A stretch of DNA of 64,000 bases from assembly GCA_963665115.1 (NCBI GenBank), contig OY762007.1, positions 1,824,001-1,888,000 of the forward strand, in the 5' to 3' direction. Both the position numbers and the translations under genes were made by a program. This document shows, piece by piece, positions 45,723-56,247 of this stretch (position 1 is its first letter; each line of letters starts with the position of its first letter). The stretch is from an uncultured Rivularia sp. (GTDB lineage: Bacteria; Cyanobacteriota; Cyanobacteriia; Cyanobacteriales; Nostocaceae). The notes under the pieces are model-generated. The model ran no database searches and was not told where the DNA came from. It saw only the letters and a list, made by a program, of their open reading frames with translations.

Positions 45723-48700
45723 ATGCAGTCACTTTACAGGGTTAGTGCATCGGATTTACAAAGATTTTTAGAGACAGCCGAAGAATTACTGAGAGAATCG
45801 GAGCAAATACAGATTGCTGTTGCAACTTTTCCTGAAACTCCCCGCAGTCTTTTAGCAGTTTTAGTTAATAGCGATTATTCCGCAGTTGTGGAAGCTGCTA
45901 GTTTACACGTTAATTTTGCAGGTGAGATTGCAGGGGATTATCGAGAAATTGTTGCGGAAGTACTGCGGAATCGGGATTTAGGGCAAAATGACAGATTAGC
46001 GGTGGAGTTGATACAATTTGCTCCGGTAGCTCCTGGTTTTTTGAGTGAATGGGTTCCCGCAAGGAGGTTAGTTGAAGGATTGCAGAATGAATATATGCCG
46101 TTGCGGTATCGGTTGCAGTTATTGGAAAGGTTGGCAGTTAGCGAGAAATTAGAAGCACGTTTAGTAGTTGCGGAATCTTCCGAAACTCCGGTTTCGTTAT
46201 TGGAATTGTTAGCGGGAGATTTGGAATTAGCGGTACGTTTGACGGTGGAGTCTAATGATAATTGTCCGTCGGAAGTAGTTGAATTGGTGAAAAGTCAGCA
46301 CGATTTGGCTGGTAATTGGGATGCTGAAGTTGAGCAGTTGAGGGAATTGGGGAATAGTCGTTGGAGTTGGATAAGGTTGACGGTTGCTCAAAATCCCTTT
46401 GCTCCGGAAGATGTTTTGATGAAGTTGGCAACGGATAAGTTATTTAGGGTACGGTTGGGTGTTGGGAAGAATCCGAATAGTACTTCTAGAGTTTTGGCTG
46501 TTTTAGCGGAAGAATCGCTCAGGTTGATGCAGGTTGCTGTTGTGGAGCATCCTAATATTGGGGAAGAGACATTACATCAGTTGTTTGCTGGTTATAAATC
46601 TGAAATTGAAAAACGGAATGATTTACCAGTTAGTATTTTGGAGCGGTTTTATCGGGAAGAAGCATGGAGAAAACCTTGGGAATATTCCCCAATTTGGCAT
46701 TTGCTATTAAATCAGTCGAATACACCGACATGGATCTTAGCTGAGTTAGCAAATGTTGATTTGGAAGAAGTGAGAGCAGATATAATTGCAACTCATAGTG
46801 AGGTAGACTTAAAAACTTTAAACAAAAAGATTAGTTATGAAATTAAGTATTTAGAAAATATTGCCAAACATCCCCAGGTTTCAACAGAAATTCTCGAAAG
46901 ATTGGTTGATTATCCAAATATTAAATTAAAGTTAGCTGTAGCTCGTAATGAAAAAATCCCCAACACATTACGAATGCGTTTATTAGAAGAATTGCTAAAT
47001 AATAGAGAACAAGACATTATTGAGGTAATTGCTAAAGATTTCAACACTCCTGTAGCAATTTTAGAGCAAATCGCTGATAAATTGTCTCCATCAAATCAAA
47101 TGAGCAAGACGTTAACTAAGTTTATGCGTGCTTCTTCAAAGAATAGGTTTAATGAGAATGAATTAGAAAACTTATTGAATAAAATTCGAGATTTTATTGC
47201 GACTTATCAATCTCCAGAACTTATATTATTTTGGTTACAACAAGATCCTGGGTTGAGTAAACCTATCTTAGAAGATTGGAATCAATTACTTGTCTCTCTT
47301 AATGACTCAGAAATTCAAGCTTTACAGGAGCTAGCTAAAATTTTGAGTGGATTTGGTTTTGTAGGAGGTTTCTCACAGAAAGATAGGGGATGGTTGGGTT
47401 CGGAACTTTTTAAACCCGATGGTACATTTACCCCGAATTATATTCTTTATGGGCTTTTGATATATATTAAACCTGCTTTTGTAGGCGATCGCCAACATCG
47501 AGCAATTGCTGCGAGTTTGATTCGTAATCCCAACATTCCTTTGTGGCTAAGAGAAACTTTGGTAAATCAATTTACTGAACCTCCAGATAGTGAAGGACAT
47601 TATAAATACGATTCCGATATACGTTTGGCTTTAGCTAGCAACCCACAAATTTCAGAAGCAGAACGAATTAATTATCTTCAAGAAATTATTTCAAAGAATC
47701 CAGATTACGCTCGGAGAATCGCAAAAGATGCTCAAACTCCAGCCAATGTCTTAGAACAATTATTGGAAAGAGGAAACTGTAAAGAAGAAATTGCTAGGAA
47801 TTCTGCAACTCCTGAATATCTTCTTAGAAGAATAGCAGACGAACACAAATATTGGGAAGTTCTTGCAAGAAATCCGAATACTCCTGTTGATTTACTTTTT
47901 CGATTTATTCGTGAAAAATTGAATAAAGAATCTTACAGCAATAATGTATCAATGTCTTTCTGGGTTTTGGAAAATCGCGGTTTATCTGTTTTACAACGCT
48001 ATCGGTTGTTACTTGAGAAAGAAAACGTCGAATTTACAGTTAAAGCACATAAATTAATTGTAGAGCGAACTAATAATTACGATATTTTAGAGCGAATTGT
48101 AGAAACAGGAGAGCAAGAAGCCAAAGTTATTATTGCACGTAAACATGAAACTCCGATTACTATTCTCGAAAGGCTAGTGAAAGACTCAGATGAAATTCGT
48201 AAAGCTGTAGTTAGGAATCCAAATTGTCCTTCACATTGTTTGATGGAATTAGCTCAAAACTCTACACAAGATATTCAGTACCTAATCGCGTCTCGAAATT
48301 ATTCAACTCCCAGAGATGTTTTATTGAAGCTTTTGGAAAGTAAAAATACATCAATATTTGCTGGAATGGCTGGAAATATACACACTCCTTCGGATATTCT
48401 TGCATCTTTAGCGGAAAACGAACAACGGGATATCCGAATTAAAGCTTTGTCAAATGCGAATATTCCCAGGGAAGTTTTATCGGAAGCTTTATTAGATGAA
48501 GCGAATCACAAAGATATTACTAACATTCTTCGTAGAAAAGCAGATTATAGAGAAAGTATATCTGTTGTTGCTTTGGAATGGTTAGTAGAAAATAGTTCTG
48601 AATCAAGTTTTCTACGTGCAATAGCACGAAATCCAAATATTACTCCCGATATTTTGACAAATTTATCAGTGAACGAATCATCAGAGGTTCGAGAAACTGT

Positions 48701-49295
48701 AGCAAGTCAACAAAATTGTCCATCGGAAGTCTTAGAAACCCTTGCTTTTGACTCTGCTGTAGAAGTCAAACAAAAAGTAGCTACTAATCAAAATACTCCA
48801 AATTACATTTTAGAAAATTTTGCTCAAAGCGAAGATTCTACAATTCGTACAGCAGTAGCTTCTAATCCCAACCTTTCACCAACAACTTTAGAACAACTCG
48901 CTAACGATGAAAAAGTAGAAGTACGTCGAGAAGTTGCTTGTAATCCTAATACTCCCGAAATTATCCGCCAAAGTTTACAGTATTTGATTTCACCACCTCA
49001 AACCCCAGACATCACCCCAACTCTTCAAAGTCTTTCCCGAATTTACAACCCCGACACCGACGACTTACTAATCCTACTAGCAGAATACGCTCAATCAAAT
49101 AACGGTTTCGTCAGATTCATAACTCTACTTCATCCCGTCACACCAGGGGAAACATTAATTCAAGCTGCAAATTCCGCTTCTTGGTTAGAAAGATATGCAG
49201 TTGCAGAAAACGAATCGACATCTTCAGAAATTCGTTCAAGACTTGCTCGCGATGGGAATCGGATTGTTAGAGCAGCAGCGAATAATAATTTATAA
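45723..49295 (+). CDS. Large leucine-rich-variant (LRV)/HEAT-like repeat protein
   Basis: Many (V)R..VA.NPNTP...LE.LA.D repeats. Confidence 0.85.
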   Translation: MQSLYRVSASDLQRFLETAEELLRESEQIQIAVATFPETPRSLLAVLVNSDYSAVVEAASLHVNFAGEIAGDYREIVAEVLRNRDLGQNDRLAVELIQFAPVAPGFLSEWVPARRLVEGLQNEYMPLRYRLQLLERLAVSEKLEARLVVAESSETPVSLLELLAGDLELAVRLTVESNDNCPSEVVELVKSQHDLAGNWDAEVEQLRELGNSRWSWIRLTVAQNPFAPEDVLMKLATDKLFRVRLGVGKNPNSTSRVLAVLAEESLRLMQVAVVEHPNIGEETLHQLFAGYKSEIEKRNDLPVSILERFYREEAWRKPWEYSPIWHLLLNQSNTPTWILAELANVDLEEVRADIIATHSEVDLKTLNKKISYEIKYLENIAKHPQVSTEILERLVDYPNIKLKLAVARNEKIPNTLRMRLLEELLNNREQDIIEVIAKDFNTPVAILEQIADKLSPSNQMSKTLTKFMRASSKNRFNENELENLLNKIRDFIATYQSPELILFWLQQDPGLSKPILEDWNQLLVSLNDSEIQALQELAKILSGFGFVGGFSQKDRGWLGSELFKPDGTFTPNYILYGLLIYIKPAFVGDRQHRAIAASLIRNPNIPLWLRETLVNQFTEPPDSEGHYKYDSDIRLALASNPQISEAERINYLQEIISKNPDYARRIAKDAQTPANVLEQLLERGNCKEEIARNSATPEYLLRRIADEHKYWEVLARNPNTPVDLLFRFIREKLNKESYSNNVSMSFWVLENRGLSVLQRYRLLLEKENVEFTVKAHKLIVERTNNYDILERIVETGEQEAKVIIARKHETPITILERLVKDSDEIRKAVVRNPNCPSHCLMELAQNSTQDIQYLIASRNYSTPRDVLLKLLESKNTSIFAGMAGNIHTPSDILASLAENEQRDIRIKALSNANIPREVLSEALLDEANHKDITNILRRKADYRESISVVALEWLVENSSESSFLRAIARNPNITPDILTNLSVNESSEVRETVASQQNCPSEVLETLAFDSAVEVKQKVATNQNTPNYILENFAQSEDSTIRTAVASNPNLSPTTLEQLANDEKVEVRREVACNPNTPEIIRQSLQYLISPPQTPDITPTLQSLSRIYNPDTDDLLILLAEYAQSNNGFVRFITLLHPVTPGETLIQAANSASWLERYAVAENESTSSEIRSRLARDGNRIVRAAANNNL

Positions 49296-49364
49296 AAAAA
49301 CTCCGCGCTCCTCCGCGTTTAGCTTTGTGTCCCTCCGCGTTTAAAATATAATCTGAATATTCAC

Positions 49365-50375
49365 ATGAACCCTTCAACAACCCAAATCCTCGCAACCCTC
49401 GAAGTTTTATTACAAGAAGAAATGGAATGCATTCTTCCTTATAATCACACATCGGAATGGCAACCTTTTTACTGGGAATCTTCTGTAAAAGGAGAATTTA
49501 ATTCAATATCCCTACTTTACTCCCAAGGTTGGATGAGAAACACAGATATTGAAATTGCTATCAATAATTGGCAGGAAATAGAAAAAAATGGTATTCCCAC
49601 ACCGGAAGAATATAACGATTATGCTGATGGGATTTTAGAAGAGGAAGAAGAATATGAATTTGAAGGATTTGAAGAATACGAAGAAGAAATAGTAGATAGA
49701 AAATCTCCAGCATTCCAACAACGTAAAAAGATTTACCAACAACTATCTCAACTCTTAAAATCCAACTTACAAAATTTACAAGTATATCAATTTAGTTCTT
49801 CGATAGAATATTCCTGCTTTGCTATTGTCGGACAACTCGATAATAAAAACTGGATTAGCATCACCTCTACCGTACCTCAAGAAACTCCAGATTTAAGCCA
49901 TATTTTAGTTGTTAAAAATAATGTAGAAATATTGCCAGATAAACCAAACTCTGAATTTGAATTCCAAATTCATCAAATTCTAAAATCTTTAAAATCAATT
50001 TTAATCTACGGACATTATTACGGTGGTTACGACCATACTTATCTCCATAAAATTATTTATCAAACTGCCTCCACAAAACAAACAGCACTACAAAATGCTT
50101 TAATTAAATCTGGATTTCTTCAAATCGGTAAATTCCAATGTTTTTATCCAGACGAACGAGAATATCTTTTTCAAAGCTTCAGTACCGATGAAGAAGGAAA
50201 AGAACTATATCAAAAATATCAACATTTGAACTCGTTTCTCAAAGCCAAATGTCCAGAATCAACGATGTTTACTTTCCGCTTTTGGGACTATACACAGATA
50301 TTCATCGTTGGTGAATCCACAGAAAACGACCGAGTTGGGTTAAAACTCACCAGCGAATTTGATTACAATCCTTGA
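49365..50375 (+). CDS. Acidic protein with two nuclease A inhibitor (NuiA)-like domains
   Basis: YQQLSQLLKSNLQNLQVY...IVGQLDNKNWISI and YQHLNSFLK...IFIVGESTENDRVGL. Confidence 0.6.
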   Translation: MNPSTTQILATLEVLLQEEMECILPYNHTSEWQPFYWESSVKGEFNSISLLYSQGWMRNTDIEIAINNWQEIEKNGIPTPEEYNDYADGILEEEEEYEFEGFEEYEEEIVDRKSPAFQQRKKIYQQLSQLLKSNLQNLQVYQFSSSIEYSCFAIVGQLDNKNWISITSTVPQETPDLSHILVVKNNVEILPDKPNSEFEFQIHQILKSLKSILIYGHYYGGYDHTYLHKIIYQTASTKQTALQNALIKSGFLQIGKFQCFYPDEREYLFQSFSTDEEGKELYQKYQHLNSFLKAKCPESTMFTFRFWDYTQIFIVGESTENDRVGLKLTSEFDYNP

Positions 50376-50411
50376 TTATCTCAAGAATTTCAATTCGGTC
50401 ATAGTTTGTCA

Positions 50412-50478
50412 ATGGTGCGTGACGCAATGTAACAATTCCAATCACCCAGAAAATTTATCGAAGCCTCACATACCTTAC
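50412..50478 (-). repeat. Long-loop (37 nt) REP-like palindrome
   Basis: Minus strand GTAAGGTATGTGAGGC..GCGTCACGCACCAT. Confidence 0.7.
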
Positions 50479-50881
50479 AATTACCGATTACCCATTTCAA
50501 AACCAATTCCTTGCCTTGAAAGCCTTTTACCATTTATTCTATATATATGACATTAATCAAATCTTAAGAATAGGGTAAAGTATAAAAAACAATGCGTATA
50601 TCAATCACTTCCTGCAAATACAAAAATGCTTTGCTTATCCGTATTCTCTTAAAAAGTTATATAAATCGAGATATGTAAAACTATTTAATAATGCTCTATT
50701 TATATTGAGAGCCTACCTTTAACAAGACATTTGTATTATTTTTGCTCAATTAAAATTAATTTTAATTTATAGTTTCTCGTATATCTTTATTACCACAATA
50801 TATACCAAACGACTATAGATAAAAAATAATACACTGGCTAGAAAATAACTATAACTAAACTTTACCTAAAAAGCAAATCTT

Positions 50882-51217
50882 GTGTTAGAAGCTTTTATCC
50901 TCGCAACAGTGTTATGCGGATTTTTCGGCATCATCTTTAAGAAAAATCTGGTGATGAAAATCGTTTCAATGGACGTGATGAGTACTGGGGTGATTGCTTA
51001 TTATGTGGCGATCGCCTCTCGGAATGGTTTATTTACGCCAATTTATTCGGGAGTTGAAAACCGTACTTATGCAGATCCAGTTCCCCAAGCGGTGATTCTA
51101 ACGGCTATTGTTATTGGCTTTTCAATCCAAGCCTTGATGTTGGTTGGTGTGATGAAGTTGGCTCGGGATAATCCCACTTTGGAAAGTAATGAGATTGAAA
51201 AGAATAATACACCATGA
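50882..51217 (+). CDS. mrpC: Mrp Na+/H+ antiporter subunit C
   Basis: KKNLVMKI, DPVPQAVILTAIVIG. Confidence 0.92.
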   Translation: MLEAFILATVLCGFFGIIFKKNLVMKIVSMDVMSTGVIAYYVAIASRNGLFTPIYSGVENRTYADPVPQAVILTAIVIGFSIQALMLVGVMKLARDNPTLESNEIEKNNTP

Positions 51218-52659
51218 ACACCATTACCATCGTTTGGGCAACTCTACCGTTTTTTTTAGGATTCACTATTTATCTTATTCCCAAACTTGACCGCTATTTG
51301 GCATTGTTGGGGACAATTGCTTCCTTTGTATATGCATTAATACTATTTATCCAACAGTCGCCGTTAACGTTGGAATTAGTTGATAATTTTGGCGTAACTT
51401 TGTACGTCGATGAATTAAGCGGTTACTTTATATTAACTAATGCTTTGGTGACGGCTGCCGTTATCTTATATTGTTGGCGCAGCGATAAATCGGCTTTTTT
51501 CTACACTCAAGCTATTATCGTGCATGGCAGTGTTAATGCGGCGTTTGCCTGTACGGATTTTATCAGTTTATATGTGGCTTTGGAAGTCAGCGGCATTGCA
51601 GCATTTTTGTTAGTTGCCTATCCTCGCACAGATCGTTCGATTTGGGTGGCTTTACGCTATCTGTTTATCAGCAATACGGCGATGCTGTTTTATTTGATTG
51701 GTGCCGTGTTGGTATATCAAGCTACTCATTCCTTTACTTATGCTGGTTTACGGCAAGCACCTCCGGAAGCATTGGCTATGATTTTTGTCGGGCTTTTGGT
51801 GAAAGGAGGGGTTTTTGTTTCGGGATTGTGGCTACCTTTGACTCATTCGGAATCCGAGACTCCGGTTTCGGCTTTGCTATCGGGGGTGGTTGTCAAAGCT
51901 GGGATTTATCCGATGGTGAGGTGTGCGTTAATTGTTGAAGAAATAGATCCGATTGTGAGGAGTTTCGGACTTGCAACTGCTTTTCTAGGAATTATCTATG
52001 CTTTGTGTGAAAACGACACCAAGCGGATCTTAGCTTCAAGTACGATTTCCCAATTGGGTTGGATTCTTGCTGCACCTTTATATGGAGGATACTACGCTTT
52101 AGCGCACGGTTTAGCAAAATCGGCGCTGTTTTTGACTGCTGGTAATTTACCCAGTCGTAGCATCAAGGAATTGCAAAATAAACCGATTCGCACTTCTACT
52201 TGGATTGTTTTAGTTATAGCGAGTCTTTCAATCTCGGGTTTTCCCTTATTGACGGGGTTTGGTGCCAAAACTTTGACAATGAAGGGTTTGTTGCCTTGGC
52301 AAGAAATCGCTATGAACGTTGCCGTTGTCGGAACAGTAATAGTATATGCCAAATTTATCTTTCTTCCTCATGGGGAAGGAGAAAAACCAAAGCCCGGTTT
52401 TTGGGCTGCGATCGTACTTTTACTCGGTTGGTTGGTAACGGCTAATGTGCTTTATCCCCAAGCTTATAACCCCTATGATATCGGCAAAGCTCTTGTAACT
52501 ATAGCTGGGGGTTGGTTGCTGTATTGGTTGATATTCAAACGTATCGCTTTGAAATTACCCCACGTACTTGAAGAATTCGAGCATCTGATTGGTGTAATGA
52601 GTCTTGTTGCAATTTTATTATTTTGGATGGCATTTTCATGGTTGGGAATCTCATATTAA
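51214..52659 (+). CDS. mrpD: Mrp antiporter subunit D
   Basis: LYVALEV, KGG..WLP..HSES, LSGVVVKAG, KRILA.STISQLG, HGLAKS.LFL. Confidence 0.9.
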   Translation: MNTITIVWATLPFFLGFTIYLIPKLDRYLALLGTIASFVYALILFIQQSPLTLELVDNFGVTLYVDELSGYFILTNALVTAAVILYCWRSDKSAFFYTQAIIVHGSVNAAFACTDFISLYVALEVSGIAAFLLVAYPRTDRSIWVALRYLFISNTAMLFYLIGAVLVYQATHSFTYAGLRQAPPEALAMIFVGLLVKGGVFVSGLWLPLTHSESETPVSALLSGVVVKAGIYPMVRCALIVEEIDPIVRSFGLATAFLGIIYALCENDTKRILASSTISQLGWILAAPLYGGYYALAHGLAKSALFLTAGNLPSRSIKELQNKPIRTSTWIVLVIASLSISGFPLLTGFGAKTLTMKGLLPWQEIAMNVAVVGTVIVYAKFIFLPHGEGEKPKPGFWAAIVLLLGWLVTANVLYPQAYNPYDIGKALVTIAGGWLLYWLIFKRIALKLPHVLEEFEHLIGVMSLVAILLFWMAFSWLGISY

Positions 52660-53018
52660 GACTTACTATCTGGTTTTTGCTCACATCCGATTTGAGCGTA
52701 GAGAATATTATCATCGGTGTAATTGTTGCTTTTGCTTTACCTCGTGGTTATGCATCGAAAGAAGTATTAAAAGATTGGTTGACAGTGTTGGGTAAAATTC
52801 TCTTGGCAATTCCCCAAGCTTATATTGAAGCCTTTGAAATTATTATTCGTCCCCATCAACATGAAGATGTAATTTTAGAAGAGATTCCACCAAATCGTTC
52901 TGCCAGACTAATATTTTTAGATATTTTCTTAATTACTTTTACACCCAAGACAATCGTTTATAAATATCGAGATGGTTGGTATGAAGTACATCGAGTGCTA
53001 CCTAAAAGGTCAAAATAA
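52638..53018 (+). CDS. mrpE: Mrp antiporter subunit E
   Basis: IWFLLT, ITFTPKT; operon position. Confidence 0.85.
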   Translation: MVGNLILRLTIWFLLTSDLSVENIIIGVIVAFALPRGYASKEVLKDWLTVLGKILLAIPQAYIEAFEIIIRPHQHEDVILEEIPPNRSARLIFLDIFLITFTPKTIVYKYRDGWYEVHRVLPKRSK

Positions 53019-53290
53019 TGAATACAAATATAAATCTAAATCTGATAATTTTATTCGCCATGCTTCTGGCTTTGTTAATACCCATTTACGAAGCTTGGAA
53101 AGATGAAAATATCTGGCAGACAATGTTGGCATTCGCCAGTATTTCCACCAAAACAGCCATTATCGCTTTGGTGGTATCCGTAATCCGCGACGATTGGATG
53201 ATTGGGGTAGTTTCAGTAATTATTCTCAGCGTAGGTGATGCCGGAATAATGTTGTTAGCACATATACTCAAAAGGTTAAGGGAAACATGA
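53018..53290 (+). CDS. mrpF: Mrp subunit F-like small membrane protein
   Basis: Three TM helices; lies between mrpE and mrpG. Confidence 0.65.
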   Translation: MNTNINLNLIILFAMLLALLIPIYEAWKDENIWQTMLAFASISTKTAIIALVVSVIRDDWMIGVVSVIILSVGDAGIMLLAHILKRLRET

Positions 53291-53574
53291 TTAATATAGT
53301 TAGCTATTTCTTTATTGGTATAGGCATTTTTTTTTGGTTTTGGGGTACCTTTCCTTTGATGGGGAAACGCTCCGTCTTATTTAAATTACACAGTCTTTCT
53401 GTAGCAGATACTCTGGGTTCAATAGCCATTGTCTTCGGATTGCTGTTAAAAAGACCATCAGAATGGCCGTTGCTTCTCCTTGCTATCATCACCTTAGCAA
53501 TTTGGAACACCATGCTCGGTTACGTTTTAGCTTACTGTTCCGGTGAGGGAGATAGCAATGAACCACAATCTTGA
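53287..53574 (+). CDS. mrpG: Mrp antiporter subunit G
   Basis: KLHSLSVADTLG. Confidence 0.85.
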   Translation: MINIVSYFFIGIGIFFWFWGTFPLMGKRSVLFKLHSLSVADTLGSIAIVFGLLLKRPSEWPLLLLAIITLAIWNTMLGYVLAYCSGEGDSNEPQS

Positions 53575-54139
53575 CATTTATCTTTATATTATTGTCGCTT
53601 TACTACCTTTAACCTCCTGCTTAGTAGTACTTCAAGTTAATCCCTACCATGCTTTAGCGTTAAGGGGAATATTAGGTACGATCGCCGCTTTGGTTTATGC
53701 GGTTTTGGGTGCTGCGGATGTGGCTTTAACTGAAGCTTTGATGGGTACTTTATTAGCAATTACCCTGTATGCGGTAGCAGTGCGATCGTCCTTAGTTTTG
53801 CGTGTAGGGATGTTGGCAGATGCAGCCCATCATCTCCAAGAAGAACCCGCTTTTATCGAATTAACCGCTGACTTGCGAAAAGTTTTAAACAAGCGTCATA
53901 TGCGATTGGAATTAGTACCTTATAACGATATTCATGCTTTACAAAGAGCCTTAACTGAAAAAGAAATTCATGCAACCTGTACCCATCATTCAGATACAGA
54001 CATACCATTACGAACCACTATTCGCATTCCGCGCATCTACGACATTATGCAAACCGAACTTACATCCCCTCAAACGGTTTTGAATTACGCAACAGCAATA
54101 GATGCTAATTTACCTAAATTGAAGGAGCAGCAGTTATGA
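53558..54139 (+). CDS. DUF4040 (MrpA-C-terminal/MrpB-related) subunit
   Basis: LGAADVALTEALMG. Confidence 0.85.
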   Translation: MNHNLDIYLYIIVALLPLTSCLVVLQVNPYHALALRGILGTIAALVYAVLGAADVALTEALMGTLLAITLYAVAVRSSLVLRVGMLADAAHHLQEEPAFIELTADLRKVLNKRHMRLELVPYNDIHALQRALTEKEIHATCTHHSDTDIPLRTTIRIPRIYDIMQTELTSPQTVLNYATAIDANLPKLKEQQL

Positions 54140-54795
54140 GATGGATATATATAGTTGCTGGAATGGCGCTATTTGTAAAAATGTTGCTCGTAGCCAATCC
54201 AGAAGGAGAGTTATCAATATCGATTGTGCAAGCAGTCGTAGCTGATAGCGGAGTACCCAATGCAGTATCCGGAATCATCTTTCGCAATCGGCTTTACGAC
54301 ACCATTTTTGAAGTCGTCGTATTTACAATTGCCATCATGGGAGCCACCTATATGTTGGCAAACGAAAGACCATTTTGTACAATTTATCATTTTAGCGATC
54401 GCCCTTCGATAATATTAGCTCGATTGGGAGCCACAATTGCAGCTTTAGTAGGTATCGAACTAGCAATTCGCGGACACCTCAGTCCAGGTGGTGGTTTTGC
54501 CGCCGGAGTCGCTGGAGGTACTGCAATCGGCTTGGTTGCCATTACCTCATCACCAGAATGGATGCAGTCACTTTATACAAAATGGCACGCTTCAAAATGG
54601 GAGAAAATTTCGGTATTGATTTTTATCGTATTGTCTGTAATTAAACTATCTGGATTTGAATTACCACTGGGTGAATTAGGTACCTTTTTTAGCGGTGGAA
54701 CTTTACCCTTATTGAATTTTTTAGTTGCAATTAAAGTTGCATTGGGTTCTTGGGCAGTGCTTTTAACCTTTATTCATTATCGAGGGATATTGTGA
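54136..54795 (+). CDS. mrpB: Mrp antiporter subunit B
   Basis: NAVSGII..RLYDTIFE, GHLSPGGGFAAG. Confidence 0.9.
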   Translation: MRWIYIVAGMALFVKMLLVANPEGELSISIVQAVVADSGVPNAVSGIIFRNRLYDTIFEVVVFTIAIMGATYMLANERPFCTIYHFSDRPSIILARLGATIAALVGIELAIRGHLSPGGGFAAGVAGGTAIGLVAITSSPEWMQSLYTKWHASKWEKISVLIFIVLSVIKLSGFELPLGELGTFFSGGTLPLLNFLVAIKVALGSWAVLLTFIHYRGIL

Positions 54796-54932
54796 ATTGG
54801 GGATTGGGCATAGGGCATTGGTAATTGGTAATTGGTAATAGAGAAACGGGCAAGGATGCCCCGCAGTCGCTACAAATCTGGGAACCAGAGCAACGCGCTG
54901 CTCTCCATCCCACAAGAGATTGAGAGTTTTTT

Positions 54933-54999
54933 GTCGGGTGTGTGACGCTTCGTCGATCAATTTGAAATGTAGTTACAATTCTCTAGCGTCACGCACCAT
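54933..54999 (+). repeat. Long-loop (37 nt) REP-like palindrome
   Basis: GTCGGGTGTGTGACGC..GCGTCACGCACCAT. Confidence 0.7.
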
Positions 55000-55091
55000 G
55001 TTTTATAAATCCTCTCCACTTCTTCCCTCTGCGTACTTTGCGTCTAGTAAGGTTTTTTTCAACAATCTTCTTCACCAACAAGCAAAAATAG

Positions 55092-55193
55092 GTTCGTAGT
55101 AGCGCTTCAGCGCATCCGATAATAGGCGCTTTTAACGCAGTTTCCTCGTTAGCGTAGCGTCTCCGAAGGAGAAACAGTAGCGCTACTACAAAC
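55092..55193. repeat. GTAG-led REP pair with nested AGCGTCTCCGAAGGAGA repeat
   Basis: gttcgtagtagcgct ... agcgctactacaaac inverted ends. Confidence 0.65.
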
Positions 55194-55314
55194 TTTATAC
55201 AAATAATTATCTGCATATTTTTATTTTCATTTGGGGAATCATAAGTTTAATAATCAAACTTTTGACAATCCACAAAATAATAGTATATTAGTACTATGCA
55301 AGAATTTAAGAATT

Positions 55315-55818
55315 ATGCAGCTACTTCAAATCAGTACAGGGGATTTACAAAGATTTTTGGATGCTCCGGAATTGTTGGGGGAATCAGAGGAAATGCAGAT
55401 TGCGATCGCAACTTTCCCCTAAACTCCCCGCAGTCTTTTAGCGGTTTTAGTTAACAGCGATTATTCCTCGGTTGCGGAATCTTCGGAAACTCGGGTTTAA
55501 TTGTTGGAATTGTTAGCTGGGGATTTGCACTTAGCGGTACGGTTAGCCGTGGAATATAACCAAAATTGTCTGTCGGAGTTGGTTGAGTTGGTGAAGAGTC
55601 AGCACGATTTGGTAAGTAATTGGAATGCGGATGTTGAGCAGTTGATGGAATTGGGGGAGAGTCGTTGGGGTTGGGTGAGGTTAGCTGTTGCTCAGAATCC
55701 ATATACACCCGTACAAACTTTAAAGCTTTTATCAGAACAAATAAAAATTATAAATATTCTCCAACCCACGAAGGTGGGTTTCCCCTGTGTAGCCGCGATT
55801 TCAATCGCCAGGTTCTAA
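55315..55818 (+). pseudogene. Internally deleted, stop-containing paralog of the LRV-repeat gene at 45723
   Basis: DLQRFL...QIAIATFP*TPRSLLAVLVNSDYS joined directly to VAESSET..*LLELLAGDL...AQNP. Confidence 0.88.
55762..55812 (-). repeat. Two-hairpin dispersed repeat
   Basis: Minus strand CCTGGCGATTGAAATCGCGGCTACACAGGGGAAACCCACCTTCGTGGGTT. Confidence 0.75.
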
Positions 55819-55851
55819 TTCCAGATATTATATCAACCTAAACCCAAAACA

Positions 55852-56247
55852 ATGAACCCCTCAACAATTAAACTCCTCGCAACTCTTGAGATTCTCAACT
55901 CAGGTAAAACCTTCTTTTGGGATGCAACCCAAGATGAATTCAACCTCTGGAACTTAATGATTCATGAGGGTTTTGTCAACCCCACAGATATAGAATTTGT
56001 ATTTGAACATTGGAAAAACATCGAAACTTGGGGAACACCAACTAACCCAATTGACTACAGATACGCTCCACCCCGCTCGGAAAGAGATGATGATGATTGG
56101 AATGAAGAAATAGAAAATCAACGCAAAAATTATTATCAACAATTACAAAAATTAATTACTGATAATGCGAAAAATATCGAAGCATACAACCTTGATGTGC
56201 CTGTATCACTTGATAGTAGTTTTACCTTTTACGATAGTAATCCTTAA
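55852..56247 (+). CDS. Truncated paralog of the 49365 NuiA-like gene
   Basis: MNPSTIKLLATLE, F.W, TDIE, W..IE..G.PT and QRK..YQQL shared with 49365. Confidence 0.7.
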   Translation: MNPSTIKLLATLEILNSGKTFFWDATQDEFNLWNLMIHEGFVNPTDIEFVFEHWKNIETWGTPTNPIDYRYAPPRSERDDDDWNEEIENQRKNYYQQLQKLITDNAKNIEAYNLDVPVSLDSSFTFYDSNP

